From contig NC_068990.1 of NCBI RefSeq assembly GCF_001194135.2, positions 4,775,973 through 4,839,972 on the forward strand: 64,000 nt of DNA, written 5' to 3'. The notes beneath the pieces are model-generated. The model had not been told where the DNA came from, ran no database searches, and saw only the letters and a list, made by a program, of their open reading frames with translations. This stretch comes from Octopus bimaculoides (lineage: Eukaryota). How positions within the stretch are numbered: the stretch's first letter is position 1; each line of letters opens with the position of its first letter. The translations under genes were made by a program, and so were the position numbers. Of this stretch, positions 50,720-64,000 are shown in pieces.

Positions 50720-52200
50720 GACAAATACTATAAAGTAAAAGATGAATAGAAGATCGCATCAAGAGATTGAGACAGGAAGCAAGTCAACAACAGTTTCTCA
50801 AAGAAAGTTACACTAATTAAAACACCAAAAAAGAAAGACAATGTGTTAAGGGAAAAGAGGGAATGAATGTTGTAATTGAAGAACTGCAGTAAAGCATTGC
50901 TGTAATGTAACTAAAATAAAATGACATGAGAGTGGAGGACATAAGTTCCAGCAGAACTTCAAAATATAAAAAAAACAGTTTGAGAAACTGAAGGAAGTAG
51001 AAAGATACAATGATGAAGGAAGTTGAAGGAAGTAGAAAGATACAATGATGAAGTGGAAATGTTTGAGTGATATATGAAACAAGAAAGGTGTCCATAATAC
51101 ACAGATTTAGTTGATAGGAAGAGCAGAAAATGAATTACGATTAGAACAACAGGTCAAACTGAAAACCACTTTTGTCAAAACTGAAAAGGAATTATATACC
51201 TTTGTTGAATCAGTGAGAATCTTTAATAACAACATCAGAATAAAGTCTGGTATTTGTAAGTGTGGGTATAAGAAGAAGGCATAAGAACTGCTACAAGTAT
51301 GTGGGAGTTTCAGAAGTTGATGGTATAAGGAATGGAATGATGAAAAGCAAAGATTAAGGGGAACTATTTCTAAAGGTTAAGGAGGTTATTAAAATTCAAA
51401 AGCTAATGATATAAATGACATCAAACTCATAAACCTGAGAGCAGTATTCATTATCAGATGTTATAAAGGAATAATAATCAAATGGAGAAAGGAAGCTCTT
51501 CAAAATATAATAAATAGAAAAAAAAAGGGGAGTTGACAACAATCTATAGAGCTTTACACTTACATGCAGAGGTCAATGGGTCAACGGAAAAGTGGCTAGA
51601 TACCTAAGGCTGTTAATGTAGCTTGATCTCAAGTAATTAAACTCCTGCAGAATGACAATTTAATACTGAGTGGAGAAAAATATAATAATAATGCAAATTA
51701 TGCTCTGAGAGAATGAAGAAAGGCATAACAATGTCACTAGATGGTTCACTAGGTATTATTTAAAAGTTTAGATTGGAAAAGGTGAGAAATAGTATGAACA
51801 TGATCCAGAAAGTGTGGTGAAAAATGGCAAATCAAAAATATTTTGGGACTTCATGATCCAATGTGGTCATGGAATTGAACATTGGAAACCCAATACTGTA
51901 CTTGTAAACAAGGGAGGATAATTGTACCTGATCATAGACATTGAGAGACTTGGTGATAGTGGAATTGTCAAACAAGGAAAAAAAAACTGATAAGATATGT
52001 ATCTCATGAGTGAAATCAAAACATGTAGCTAATATAAAAGGTAAAAGGTATATATTGCACCAATAATTGCTGGTACCTCAGGTAGCGTGAGCAAAGAAAC
52101 TGAAAAGTGGTTGGAAAAGATAGGAATAAAAATCAAATTAGAGCACATCCAGAAAACAGCATTACTTGACAGTGCAAAGAGTCTCTTCACAGTTCTTGAG
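50720..52200 (+). mobile_element. Decayed R4/Dong-like LINE with large internal deletions
   Basis: IEDRIKRLRQE, GMNVVIEELQ, YEHDPESVV...KIFWDFMIQC, LEHIQKTALLDSAK. Confidence 0.8.
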
Positions 52201-52454
52201 AATTGTAAAAAGCATTCCAACATAGTTTATGGTAAGAAAATGAGGGGTCCATTAATGATGCCTCCAGCAACAAGCTGAGTATATCAGATACAATACTACT
52301 AATAATGATGCTTTCTTATTTAGTTACAAGGTCAGTCATATTGTGAGGCAGAGTGTAGTTTTTATCATCTACTCTAGCACTTGACAGGTACTTTATTTTA
52401 TTGACCCTGGAAGAATGATGAAAATTTGCCTCGACAGTTGAGTATGAGTTGAAG

Positions 52455-53951
52455 GGTTACCTACAAAAGGTTGACTCCTTCTTATTCATGGACGACCTCA
52501 AGCTTTGCATTAAGGATGAATCTCAGATAAGTTTCTTCATTGGTTCAGTGTTTATTTTATGTTTAGTGCTGACACCAGATTGGAAATTAGATTGAAAAAG
52601 TGCAGTGTGTTAGTCTTGAACAGCAGCAAAATTAAATGCACAGGGGAATTGGTGATGCCATTAGGGAAGGTTATGAAGCATATAGAAGTGGTAGGTTATA
52701 AGTACTTGAGGATGTTGGAAATAGACAAAGTAATAGAGGAATTGATGGAAAAATTTAAAGTGGAATACTAGTGCAGACTGAGGCTTTTCCTCAAATCAGA
52801 ACAGAATGGATGGAATAATACTGAAGCTAACAACACATGGGCAGTTTTGCTCCTTAGATACGGGGCAGGGGTAATTGCATGGATAGTAGAAGAACAAAAC
52901 AGCTTAGACCGAAAGACAAGAAAGCAATTGACAAGATATGGGGTTTTTCATCCAAAGAATAAGTGACACAGGTAGACTGTATGCACCAAGAATAAGAGAA
53001 GAGGACCAACTAAGTGCAAACACCACATTAGAGCAGAAGAAAACAGCCTGGTATGATACAAAAAATGCTATGGAACTACTATTGTTGAAAGTAAGAAGGT
53101 TAGACTTGTGCTACTTTGAAGATTGCAAAGAGAAAACACAGTACAAGTATTTGAGGATGGATGAAATTGAAAATAGGTGGATAGAGAAAAGAATGTATGA
53201 GAAATTCCATAGAGGTGTTGAAGATAGAAGAGGCAAAGGAAAATGTGGTTACGGATGGTTTAAAGTGATTAAAAACTGGAAATTTTTAAAGTCACTTTTA
53301 CAGGTTAATGTTTGCTCTCGAGAAAGTATAAAGAACTAATTACATCAAGCACAGAAAATGACACAGAGCAGAAAGCAACAAGAGCAAAATTTGTGGGAGA
53401 ATGGGGAAACTTTATGGAAAATTATCAGTCAATATACACTGCTAGTTCATAAAGAAGATAATAGGTGACTAGACAATATAGCAAGGATAATCCTTTGGAC
53501 ACTTTGCAACAAGTATGGACTTGACAGAACAGAAAATTGGTATGAACATAAACCTGAAGACATTAGAGAAAATGATAATACAAAGATCCTGTGGGAATTT
53601 ATGATTCAGTGTGACCATGAGATAGAGTAAAGGAAACCAGATATAGTGATAACTGAGAAAGAAAGCAAAGAGTGATGGATCATAGATATAGCATGCTCAG
53701 CTGACAACAATGTATGTAATAAAAAAGAAAAAAAGCTAATAGATAATGACAGGTAAGCTTGGGAGGTTAAGCAATTTTGGTTGTTGAAAACTGTGATAAA
53801 AATACCAATAACTGTCAGAGCCTAACAAACAATAAATAAAGATCTTGAGAAGTATATTTAACAAGCAAGGGTTGCAATAAGGGTGGAGTACTTGCGGAAA
53901 ATAACATTGCTTGGAACAGCTTTAATACTTCAGAGAGTGCTTGAAAAATAA
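52455..53951 (+). mobile_element. Decayed R4/Dong-like LINE (RT domain 5 to RLE end)
   Basis: LFMDDLKL, GYKYL, NTWAVLLLRYGAG, WYEHKPE...KILWEFMIQCDHEIE*RKPDIV...IIDIAC, ITLLGTALILQRVLEK*. Confidence 0.9.
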
Positions 53952-54049
53952 GGAGTGCTGTCTCATTTCACTGGTAGTGAATGGCTGATACTCTAATACA
54001 CCTTCAGGGTTAGAAAGTGAGCAAAAAATAATAATAATAAATGGTACAA

Positions 54050-54445
54050 ACATGAAAGATAGGGCGTAAATGATAAAAATAAATATAAGCTCCTGTGGGA
54101 TTTTATAAATCAATGTGACTCCCTGATCGATGCTCAGAGCACAGACATTGTTGTGGTAGATAAAGAGAAATCAATCATAGATATTGCCATATCAGGGGAT
54201 GCATGCGTAGATAACAAAGAGCTGGAAAAGATGGAGAAACGCAGAATACTAAAAGATGAAATTTCAAGAATGTGAAGATTTTGAGATAAGTACTTGGATG
54301 TTAAGTAGTTTAATATCCAATGATACTTAACATCTAGGTACCATGTCTAAAAGACCTTTGACAACAGATTGCTGTCTGCTCTCACAGAATTAACCAGAGC
54401 AAGCAAGATTGAGAACTCTGAGAAGTAAAATATAATAACAACAAG
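54050..54445 (+). mobile_element. R4/Dong-like RLE 3' fragment with 3' UTR
   Basis: KLLWDFINQCD...DIVVVDKEK...IIDIAISGD...KELEKMEK; the UTR matches that of 9600-9700 (-). Confidence 0.8.
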
Positions 54446-56050
54446 ACATGGATATACAGGAGGACATTGTCATCACATTGAAAGATATTCAAGCCAGAAT
54501 TGGTAAGATGAAAAGTTGGAAGGCAGACAGACTGAACCTAGTTCAGGGTTTCTGGTTCAAGGTTTTGATGAATTTACATCCTAAACTACAAAAACTTCTG
54601 AAAGGTGTGTACACCAAGGAATTGTACCAGAAGGAATTGTCAAGGAAAGAACTGTGTTGATTCAGAAGGACCCACTCAATGGTGCTCTGGCCAGTAACTA
54701 TTGTCCAATTGCTTGTTTACCTATGATGTGGAAGCTTCTAACTTGGATAATAGAAAAGAAACTGTATGGTCATCTTGAAAGAAATGAAATGCTAGCAGAT
54801 GAACAGAAAAATTGCAGGAAGGGATTACAAGGAATAAAGGATCAGTTGCTGGTTGATAAGGCAATTCTTAGGAACCATCAAAGAAGGTTGACATGCCTAT
54901 CAATGGTGAGGACTGACTATAAGAATGCATATGATATGGTTCCTTGTGGATTCTGAAATTCCCAGAAATGACCAGGGCAGTGAAAAATTTGATTTATTTG
55001 CTCAAAATTAGTATGAGAAACTGGAAGACAATTTTTACTGCTGGTGGAAGTGTAATTGGAGAAGTTGACATCAAGAGGGGAATCTTTCAAAGTAACTCAG
55101 TGTCACCTGAGCTGTTTATTGTTTGTATATTACTGTACTCCATGGCTTTGAGAAATATGGGTGCTGGTGACAAACTACTGCAGAAAAACATGAAACAAAT
55201 CAGTCACCTGATATTCAGGAATGATTTGAAACTTTATGGAGTTAGCAGAGGTGAATTAGATTCAGTCTGTACGAATTTTCTCACAAGACATCCAGTTGGC
55301 ATTTGGTATAGAGAAATGTACCGTTATTGAACTGAGGAGAGGGCAAAAGTAGACAGCAGTAGAGTACAACTTTAAATGATGAGTGGATAAGAGAAGTGAA
55401 CAGAGAGGGTTACATTTTGGGGTTTTACAACTAGGCCAAATGTTGAACACCAAGATGAAGGAGGTAATTTCTGAATATATCAGCAGAGTTAAAAAGCCAT
55501 GTCAGTCTAAATGGAGGGAACCGGATTAAAGGCATCAGTGTATGACTTGTGGGTGTGATATATTACTACACAGGAGTTGTGGAATGAACAAAGGAGGAAC
55601 TTGTCAACATGAATAGTAAGAGTAGGAAAGTAATGGCTATGCATGAATGCCTTTATACTAGAAGTAACATCTAGTATAAAGGCATCCATGCATAGCAGGG
55701 CTTTACCTACTTAGGAAGGAAGGTGGAACAGGACTTGTTGGAATAGAGGCAAGTGGTGAGAAGGAGGTAAGTCCTTGCATGACCATCTGAGGAATATCGA
55801 TGAAAGAATATTGCAGGCTGTACTGAGTGAGAAGGTGACCAGTGACAATGGTGAGACCCTCCAGGATTACAATATGAGAACTAATAAAGAAAAGACCATC
55901 AACCAAAAGATGCATGATAGATGATGAAGTAACAGATGAGTGTGAGAAGAATAGGGAACGAGGAGAAAGCATTTGAAAAAAAATTAAGTGCAGATTACAA
56001 AATACCATACTTTGATATTGTCAGAAAAGCTTTTGTATGAAAAGGTTGAA
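54446..56050 (+). mobile_element. R4/Dong-like LINE RT fragment
   Basis: SNYCPIACLPMMWKLLT...EQKNCR...KDQLLVDK...DYKNAYDMVP, KRGIFQSNSVSPELF, ISHLIFRNDLKLYG. Confidence 0.9.
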
Positions 56051-57027
56051 TAGAGCTGAAGTGAATAAAGAAAAATCCTACTGTTTTCTGAGAAATCCAG
56101 AACTCAAAACTCATCTCAGCACAAAATCAAAATTAGCTCATTAGAAAACGCTAAAAATCTACAAGGAAGCATACTATGGAATGTAACTGCATGTCATATG
56201 ACAGCTGTAAAATATATGCTTTCATGCAGTCTAGTTTTACATAAAACTAAAAGTTGATAGAGGTGGAGATTAGATGTACTAGAAACTATGCCACAATTCT
56301 AGAATTACAACATGTAAATTCTAAGACATTCATATCTCACAAGACCTACAATAATGAAACAGTTACCATATTCTGAAACATTCTAGTTATGAAGAGTTGT
56401 CTCAATGTATTATATATGACAAAAAGTACTCAACAAGAACCAAAGATGACGTGTATTGAAGATTTGTACAGTTGTGCTGTGATTACTTGCAATGACAAGA
56501 TTATTTGAATGAAATAATAAATACACTGAGAAATTCGTTAATCTAAAATGTAGGTTAACCAGTATATAGCAGCAAATGCTATAATAATGAGATGGCCTGT
56601 TTGCTAAATGATAATAATTTTTTCAATGGCAATGATTATATTAATTATTTATAAACAGTATTTTGTATAAAATGATCACTTTATGCATATCCATTCTTAA
56701 AACTTAAAAGAAGTAATGAGCACCAAACTAAAACAAATTTATTTCATTTCAGGAATTGATAACTGTTATAAGTGATTAGAAACCCCAGATATAATATTGT
56801 CCATACGATAAGATTATTAAACAGGAAAAAACCCATCTAACTAAAGAAAACATTATGATGAGTTGTCAAAAGAAATTGATGCTTTAATGTCATTGATACA
56901 CCCTTGCAGAAATATTGAACTTACATTTTATATGGAAGTGAGCACTAAATTTTACGTTTGATAAACTGTCTAAAATGATGAACTTCATGTCATACTCTCA
57001 AACTTAATAGAGCTTCCTGATTAAGTC

Positions 57028-57163
57028 TCCATATGGCGTTAGGAAGGGCATCCAGCTGTAGAAACTCTGCCAAATCAGACTGGAGCCTGGTGTTGCCATC
57101 CGGTTTCACCAGTCCTCAGTCAAATCGTCCAACCCATGCCAGCATGGAAAGCGGACGTTAAAC

Positions 57164-57194
<31 letters not shown>

Positions 57195-57195
57195 C
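57028..57195 (+). mobile_element. Short, well-preserved 3' copy of RTE-tailed family C with (GAT)n tail
   Basis: gcgttaggaagggcatccagctgtagaaac...aacccatgccagcatggaaagcggacgttaaacgatgatgat; retains CpGs. Confidence 0.9.
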
Positions 57196-57539
57196 CATCA
57201 AATGCAATCTTACAAATCTTACAAAAGAGTAATGCAATACGACAAAGGCAATAAATGTTAACCAAAACTTTACATAGTGCACAACTTTTGAGGATTCATT
57301 TGATGAAGCAATATTTAAATGCCGTGACAAAGAGGCTCTCAAATTATTGACACAACAAGTGCAGTACTAATATGGTTAAGAGGAGAAATATCACAAAAAG
57401 TAATTGAGATTTTTATTTTTTTATAAAACAGTGATATTGGCTGGCTGGTTGGTTGGTTAGTTGGAATAAGAGCAATATTAATCTGATTTCAAACTGAAAT
57501 GAAGAAACGATTGATGCTAAAGTACAGCAATATTAAAAT

Positions 57540-57664
57540 GGTATATATATATATACACACACACATATATATACATGCATATATATATGCATATATATGT
57601 GTATACATATATGTATACATACATACATATATATATATACATATATGTATGTATATATAAATAT

Positions 57665-57710
<46 letters not shown>
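57540..57710. repeat. Compound TA/CA/TATG microsatellite
   Basis: Direct reading. Confidence 0.95.
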
Positions 57711-57714
<4 letters not shown>

Positions 57715-58824
57715 CAGAATAAATGGATGATGCTGAATAAATATTAAGAAATATGTGGCGAAATTTACAAAAAAGACTAACTTGATATGTGTGCACATAT
57801 TTTCATGCTTCTTTGCATGGTTGATTTTGATTTCATATAGATGTGATTGTAGGGATGTATATAACAACACAAAACACTTTTTTTCAAAGAAATCATGATC
57901 ATGAGTGTAAAAATGTGATTAAATTTTATATATATTTTATGATAGATAAAAATATATTTTGTTGTATGTATTTTGTGATAAGTAAAAAGAATTAGTGAAT
58001 GATAAGATATTTTGTTAAACACTTCTATTAAAAATTACATTCACTATTTTGGAATACAGAATAATTTACAAAAATTAAATTCATAAAAAGTCCAAATGAT
58101 AATTTCATCATTCTTAAATCTCATAAATATTCTAAGAATTCTAGAAACGTATCAAGAAAATGATCATGCATTAAAAATGCCTATTTTTGATATATGTTTA
58201 CCTTGCTTTCATGCAAAATCACCTATTTTATTTGTTACATAACACAGTTTTGATATTTCATACATTACTTTATTGTTGAAACCTTCGATGGCTCTTTTTA
58301 TCATTTGAAGATGCTCAGGACAATACTTGATTTATATACATAGAATTTTATAGAGAATATACATATATTCATTTATTTCATATACACTATTTACATACTG
58401 TAAATTCAAAATGTATATACCATGCATTCTGCTATGTTATATTTGCTTATACATACACAATTGCTAACTAAACTAATACCCATAATTTGTATGCTGCAAA
58501 TGATTATGAGGATACAATGAAATATGCTTAAATTCATCATTTCAATGTTAATGAATTACCGAGAGAGCAAAATGAACAGCAGTATATACATGTGTGTGAG
58601 TGTGTGTGTGTAGATAAGTATACATATGTATGTATGCATACATATATATATATATATATATATNNNNNNNNNNNNNNNNNNNNNNNNNNNNNNNNNNNNN
58701 NNNNNNNNNNNNNNNNNNNNNNNNNNNNNNNNNNNNNNNNNNNNNNNNNNNNNNNNNNNNNNNNNNNNNNNNNNNNNNNNNNNNNNNNNNNNNNNNNNNN
58801 NNNNNNNNNNNNNNNNNAGCCTAA

Positions 58825-59840
58825 TTATAGATACATAAATGAATTTGTTAAAAGCTAATATCCCATGATTAGCAAATAAAATAGAACTGGTCCTAAAAAC
58901 CCAGCACATTTAAAGCAATAGAAATACTAATGAAGAATTATAAGAATCTATTTTGTGTTTATATTTCATTAAAGTAATTAAAAAAATTACATATATATAA
59001 CTATATTCTTTTCTACTCTAGGCACAAGGCCCAAAATTTTGGGAGAGGGGCCAGTCGATTAGATCGACTCCAGCAACTGGTACTTAATTTACTGACCCCG
59101 AAAGGATGAAAGGCAAAGTCGACCTTGACGGAATTTGAACTCAGAACATAAGGACAGGAGAAGTACTGATAAGCATTTTGCCTGGTGTGCTAACATCTCT
59201 GCCAGCTCACTGCCTTCACATATATAACAATATTGATAAAACTGAGTGGGAGCAACTATACCTATATGTTTGTTACTGGATGCAAGCACATTAACTTAAA
59301 AGCAAGAAAAAAAAAATTCTTATGTTTGCTTGTGCATATTCAAATACATATTTATTATATTAGTATTGTTTCTGCTGATTTTACATATATATATTTGTGT
59401 GTGTGTGTGTGTGGTGTGGTGTGTGTGTGTGTGTGTGTGAATGTTTATATATACATATGTAAGAAAATATTGAAATATATTCCAATGATACACAAATCTA
59501 AAATTAATTCTAAAGCTAGTAACGAATGTCTTCAAAATTATTTAAGTTTAAAAAATATATTTACTGTCTAAATATAGATAAATAAATGAATTTATTATTA
59601 AAGATTGTTATCTTGTGCTTACAAGAAAAATAGTGAGACTGGTGATAAAAGTCTGCACATTTAGGGCAAATGAAAGAATGAAGAAAAATCAGAATAAGTT
59701 ATTAGTACTGTTTTTTTTTTTTAATATTAAAGTGATTAAAAAAATCATATATATAACAATATTGATAAAATGGAGTGTTGGCAACTCAACGAAAATGTTA
59801 CTGGATGCAAGCACATTAAACTGACTCAAAAGCAAAAGAA
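58825..59840. repeat. Old local duplication (about 58825-59310 vs 59573-59840); the first copy is interrupted by a SINE
   Basis: Collinear shared blocks tatagata.ataaatgaattt, actggt..taaaa, gcacattta..gcaa, attaaagt.attaaaaaaat, tatataacaatattgataaaa, tgttactggatgcaagcacattaa. Confidence 0.8.
59008..59217 (-). mobile_element. SINE family A with probable target-site duplication
   Basis: Well-preserved copy; flanks acatatatataactatatt (58989-59007) and acatatataacaatatt (59218-59234). Confidence 0.92.
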
Positions 59841-60657
59841 TAAGAAATCAAAATATATACTGAGATAAAAAGGGGTTTGATAACAAAAATATGGAAAAGC
59901 AAAATCACACACAATTACTTTCTAAGCATGATGTATGAACAATATCTTTTTCTCTACACTATTTCTTTTATTATAATCCCTTTAGTCCTACATCTATCCT
60001 TATCTTTCCCTTATCTCTATTTAAACTTTTTTCTCTTTCTTGTTTATATTTTTTTATCACTAGTCAATTTTTATCTCTGTCAACCTTTCTGTTTCTGTTT
60101 TTTTAACCATATTTTCTTCATGTTATTAGATTTAAAATACGAATTTGCCAAAGTTTTCCTATAGGGTGATCACAATTTAGCTGAATGCTGAAACAATAAA
60201 ATACAACACGGAACAGAACAAAAAGAACAAATTTTGAAATAAGCACCAAAACTAATAAATAAAATGAATTTGTAGCTCAAATTTTGAGGATGATTAGTTT
60301 TCCAACTAGTATAATTTAAATTAAACCTCTAATTTTAAAGTTTTAAACAATTAGAGCTGGTAGAAAATTATTTTCCACCTATTTTTTCCTTAATGTTTTT
60401 AAAGAAGCACTAATTCTCCTGTGTCATTTACTTTTCTTTTAAAATAATCAATGTGATGTAGATTTATCTTGAAATTCCAGAATTTAGCTGAGTTGTGACC
60501 ACCTTAGGTTAGGTCAGATTCTTTTTAAGGCAACAAGAAAACTAAGATAATAAATGCTACTTGTGTGGTTGAAAATAAATACAAACCCTTAATAAAAGCT
60601 GGATATCCTTAGAACGAAGAAAATGTCTCAGAAAGAAAACATCCTCTTCATTTGCAG

Positions 60658-60732
60658 ATAGTCTGTGCTGGAGCTCAGCGAGGGAAGCCACAAGATTCTG
60701 TATATCTGTTTAAAAGAAGAAGGCAAAATTCA
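60658..60732 (+). CDS. Candidate 75-nt phase 0-0 coding exon (IVCAGAQRGKPQDSVYLFKRRRQNS), unidentified gene
   Basis: Acceptor catcctcttcatttgcAG, donor TCA|gtatgt, length divisible by 3, open frame, GC-richer than the flanks. Confidence 0.55.
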
Positions 60733-61704
60733 GTATGTAACATTCTTTGTTCTTGATAGCATTCTTATAATTAGCCTAGAGTTAACAAGTTCAGATCCCT
60801 TTATGTATTCTGGAAATAACAGAAAAATCTTAGCAAATTTTTTGGACTGAATATTGAAATTTAATAGAAAGCAAATTTGCTTTCCTTTGAATATGTAATG
60901 TGAAAATTTGCTCAATTTATAATCTATAACAACTCTTATCATTATTCATACTATAATGCTTTATTAAGTTTTGTAAAAAGAAAATTGTATAGGCAGTTAC
61001 ATTTTCATATGTATTATATAAATAGAGGGAAAATATCATAGATATAACTTAAGTATATGCATATATATTTTTCATTATACTGGTGCACATAACTGCACAT
61101 ATCTATGTATATATACACAATATTTGACTATTAATTCAAGTGAAACTAGTGATATTTAGTTCTTTCAAGATAAGTAATGTAATCAGAATTTGTTTTTTGA
61201 GTATCAAATATTAATTTTAGCTTATATAAGATCCATAGTTAGTATTGTAACATATAATATTATGATGTATGAGATTGTGAAGATGTGAAAAACAGAAAAA
61301 TATCCATGAAAACTCAATGTAATCTAAATGCCAGTTGGACTATGTATTAAATTCAACACAATAAACGGAGAAATTTTTTGAAAAATAATTGATAGGAAAA
61401 GGGAAAACAGATAGTTGACACTATTTGCTATTTGTGACATTAAAGACTTACAAGGGAAATAAACTTGTATTTATATCATATGAGAAACAGTTGTTATGTA
61501 AATTCTTTTAAGAAGTGTAAATTTTGATAGAAAATTGTATTTTTAATACAAATATATGAATAAACATACATTTGCTCTCATAATTTAATGGTTACATTGT
61601 TGCAGCTGAAAGAAGTAATTATTTCAGTATAAAGTATGATGAGAAATCAAAACCTATTTCTTGAAAAGGTTATATATATATTCTCATACTGCCTCAAATG
61701 TGAA

Positions 61705-61710
61705 TTGCAT

Positions 61711-61762
<52 letters not shown>

Positions 61763-61785
61763 ATGTGCATGTCTGTGTATGTGTG
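61705..61785. repeat. (TG)n microsatellite
   Basis: Direct reading. Confidence 0.95.
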
Positions 61786-62429
61786 TTACTGAGTGAACAT
61801 ATTACTTCAAAACTGATATATGCTTACTCAATAACAAAGAAAAACTTAGAATAATGCAAGATTACAAAATTGTATAAACAGCATTTATATACTTAGGGTA
61901 GAACATACACTTACATACTGCTTTGTATATAAATGCAAGCTACAGATTAGCCTTCAGATGTACAATGAAATAAGCCCACTGAAAATAGATTCTAATGAAA
62001 GCATAATGAGGGAGACTCTATATAGCCACTCAACTCGGAAGAAATACCATCTTAAAAAAAGGCAGACATTTTGAAAATAGCAGCCAAATCTCTCTCAAAT
62101 TACATCCTATCAACTGTAAGAAAAAGACATTGGACAAGATAAACTGTCTGAAGAACAGGAAATGTCATGGCTAGGATAAGTTTTTGATCTTATGTCTATT
62201 CACTGTTGATATGGGCCTAAAGAATGACAAAAAAGTAATTAAAATCTGAATGTAGATTAAACAGAAAGCAATATTATTATTAAATTCAACATTACTTAAT
62301 TGTTATTGCGTTAAAAAATATTACTAACTGATAATTTGTTCTGGATATTCCAAAGTTGTTGTCATGCTTGCTTTCTATGAATTGTAAGATGAGAAAATGT
62401 ATTTTTATCGTTAAAAGATGCTTATAGAA

Positions 62430-63420
62430 CTATATCAGGTCACCCCTATTACCCATAAATAGCTTATCTTCCTCATCATCTTCATTAACTCTTGACACCC
62501 TACATTACAATACATATCCATCATGTCTACCATCAGTATTAACTTGTTGGACATCTTAAGTTTTCATTGACTATCTAATATCTACTTCTCTGTTCATTAC
62601 AACAAACTCATCAACTCTTTCTACCTCAGTTTCACTACCTCATTCAGTTCTTATACCTCTGCAATCTTTGTAATTGAGGTTCCAACTTCAAGGCTCAGTC
62701 ACATCACATGGTATTCTACTTTCTATAATGCAATAACCTACAACTAACTGTTGAGGCTGCATGTCATCATTATTGACAATACCACTGTCTTTACTATTAA
62801 CCATATATTCATCTTTACCATTGACTACATCCTGCATCTACCCCATTACCAACCACCTTCACTTCCTTCTGATTCTCTGTCTTACAACCTTATTTCTTCA
62901 GCACACCATCCCTTCTGTCTCCTTTCTAGCTTCTCTTTATATCTTTCCTAAACACACTCTCTTTTCCTTCAGGTGTGATCATAATCTGCATAACCTTCTG
63001 ATTTACAACTCCTGCATCTCTCACACTATCTAGCAGATTCTTTGCCTGCTCCTGTTGTAATCCAAATCTCATTATATAGGACATCGCCACCCAATACAGA
63101 CCTAGTTCATTTTCCATGTCATGAACTACTTCACCTATACCTCAAACATCATAATAAATATATAAAATGCCAATACTGTGTTTTATTGTGTGTTGGAGAA
63201 ACTAGCTGATGGCTGACTGATGATTTTACAGAATATTTAATGTAGCAACACTGGATCACTCAAATCTGTAGTTTTTCACTCCAATTTTCTAGACCACAAC
63301 TACCTTTATCTTACCATTTGAAGCATTTTAAACATTGCCATCTCCCACTTGGACCATAATTGATTTTCTGATAATAAGGCAGCTGTCCCATTTAGGATTA
63401 ATAATTAAGGTATTTTCCAC
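62430..63420 (-). mobile_element. Very decayed RTE-like LINE remnant
   Basis: DMEN... (DMEKAFD-like) and YADYD...KEKLERRQKG (YADD...EKLERW-like) on the minus strand; weak. Confidence 0.4.
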
Positions 63421-64000
63421 TAAAATTCTACCTTTTCATATAAAGTACACTCTACACAAATTGATATATGCCATTGCATGCACTTCACCTTTCCTCAATT
63501 CTTCACTTACACATTCATATATACACCATTCTACTAAACTACCACAAATGTATACACACTACTTACACTGTTAGAACTACTGACATAGCTACAGATCAAA
63601 TCTATATCTATTCTTTAGCACATGTGCACACACACACACAACCTATGATACACTTCATTTCCCACTGTTTATGCTCTTTTTATCTCAACCATACAACACT
63701 ACACCATGTTCACATCTGTCATATACATACACACATAACGTATACAAAACTAACTTACCTCTCATTCACGCACACAATACAATCTAGCCACACACTAGAC
63801 GGTTTATTGCTCACATACATAACATGTTAATATATACTTCATAACATCTTACCACACATATATTGCTATATCGCCTTAGCTTCCTCCACTTAATGCAAAC
63901 TTCCATTCTATCCACTTCCACCAAACTATTCATCATGCTGTCCTCTTTCCTTCACAAATGATCACCGTCAACAACATTGAATTTTTCTGCTCTTTTCCTC

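Overview
AT-rich eukaryotic (animal) genomic DNA with four assembly gaps (N runs at 6362-6746, 23502-23890, 26880-26889, 58664-58817), each flanked by simple repeats. The repeat make-up (tRNA-headed SINEs with (TTA)n tails, a CORE-type SINE, RTE-tailed elements ending in (GAT)n, dense TA/CA/GA/TAA microsatellites) matches what I recall of octopus (coleoid cephalopod) genomes; this taxonomic call is inference. There are no prokaryotic features and no intact long ORF. The window is mostly decayed transposons. It holds a 1285-bp mariner (DD34D, TIRs and TA TSD), about ten R4/Dong-like RLE LINE fragments in two co-oriented clusters, a CR1/Jockey-like LINE, RTE remnants, a Tx1/L1 zinc-finger fragment, an internally deleted Gypsy element nested in a LINE, and many SINEs. 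Two short + strand segments have good splice signals and open frames (22641-22689, 60658-60732), so the window may lie in large introns of an unidentified + strand gene. The most unusual signals are a perfect 78-bp-arm hairpin plus an adjacent 22-bp palindrome inside an old LINE, a type I hammerhead ribozyme candidate with an intact core at 31693-31756, a SINE-derived 16-bp minisatellite, and an old local duplication that preserves the empty site of a SINE insertion. TE boundaries were set by eye and are approximate unless stated as exact.
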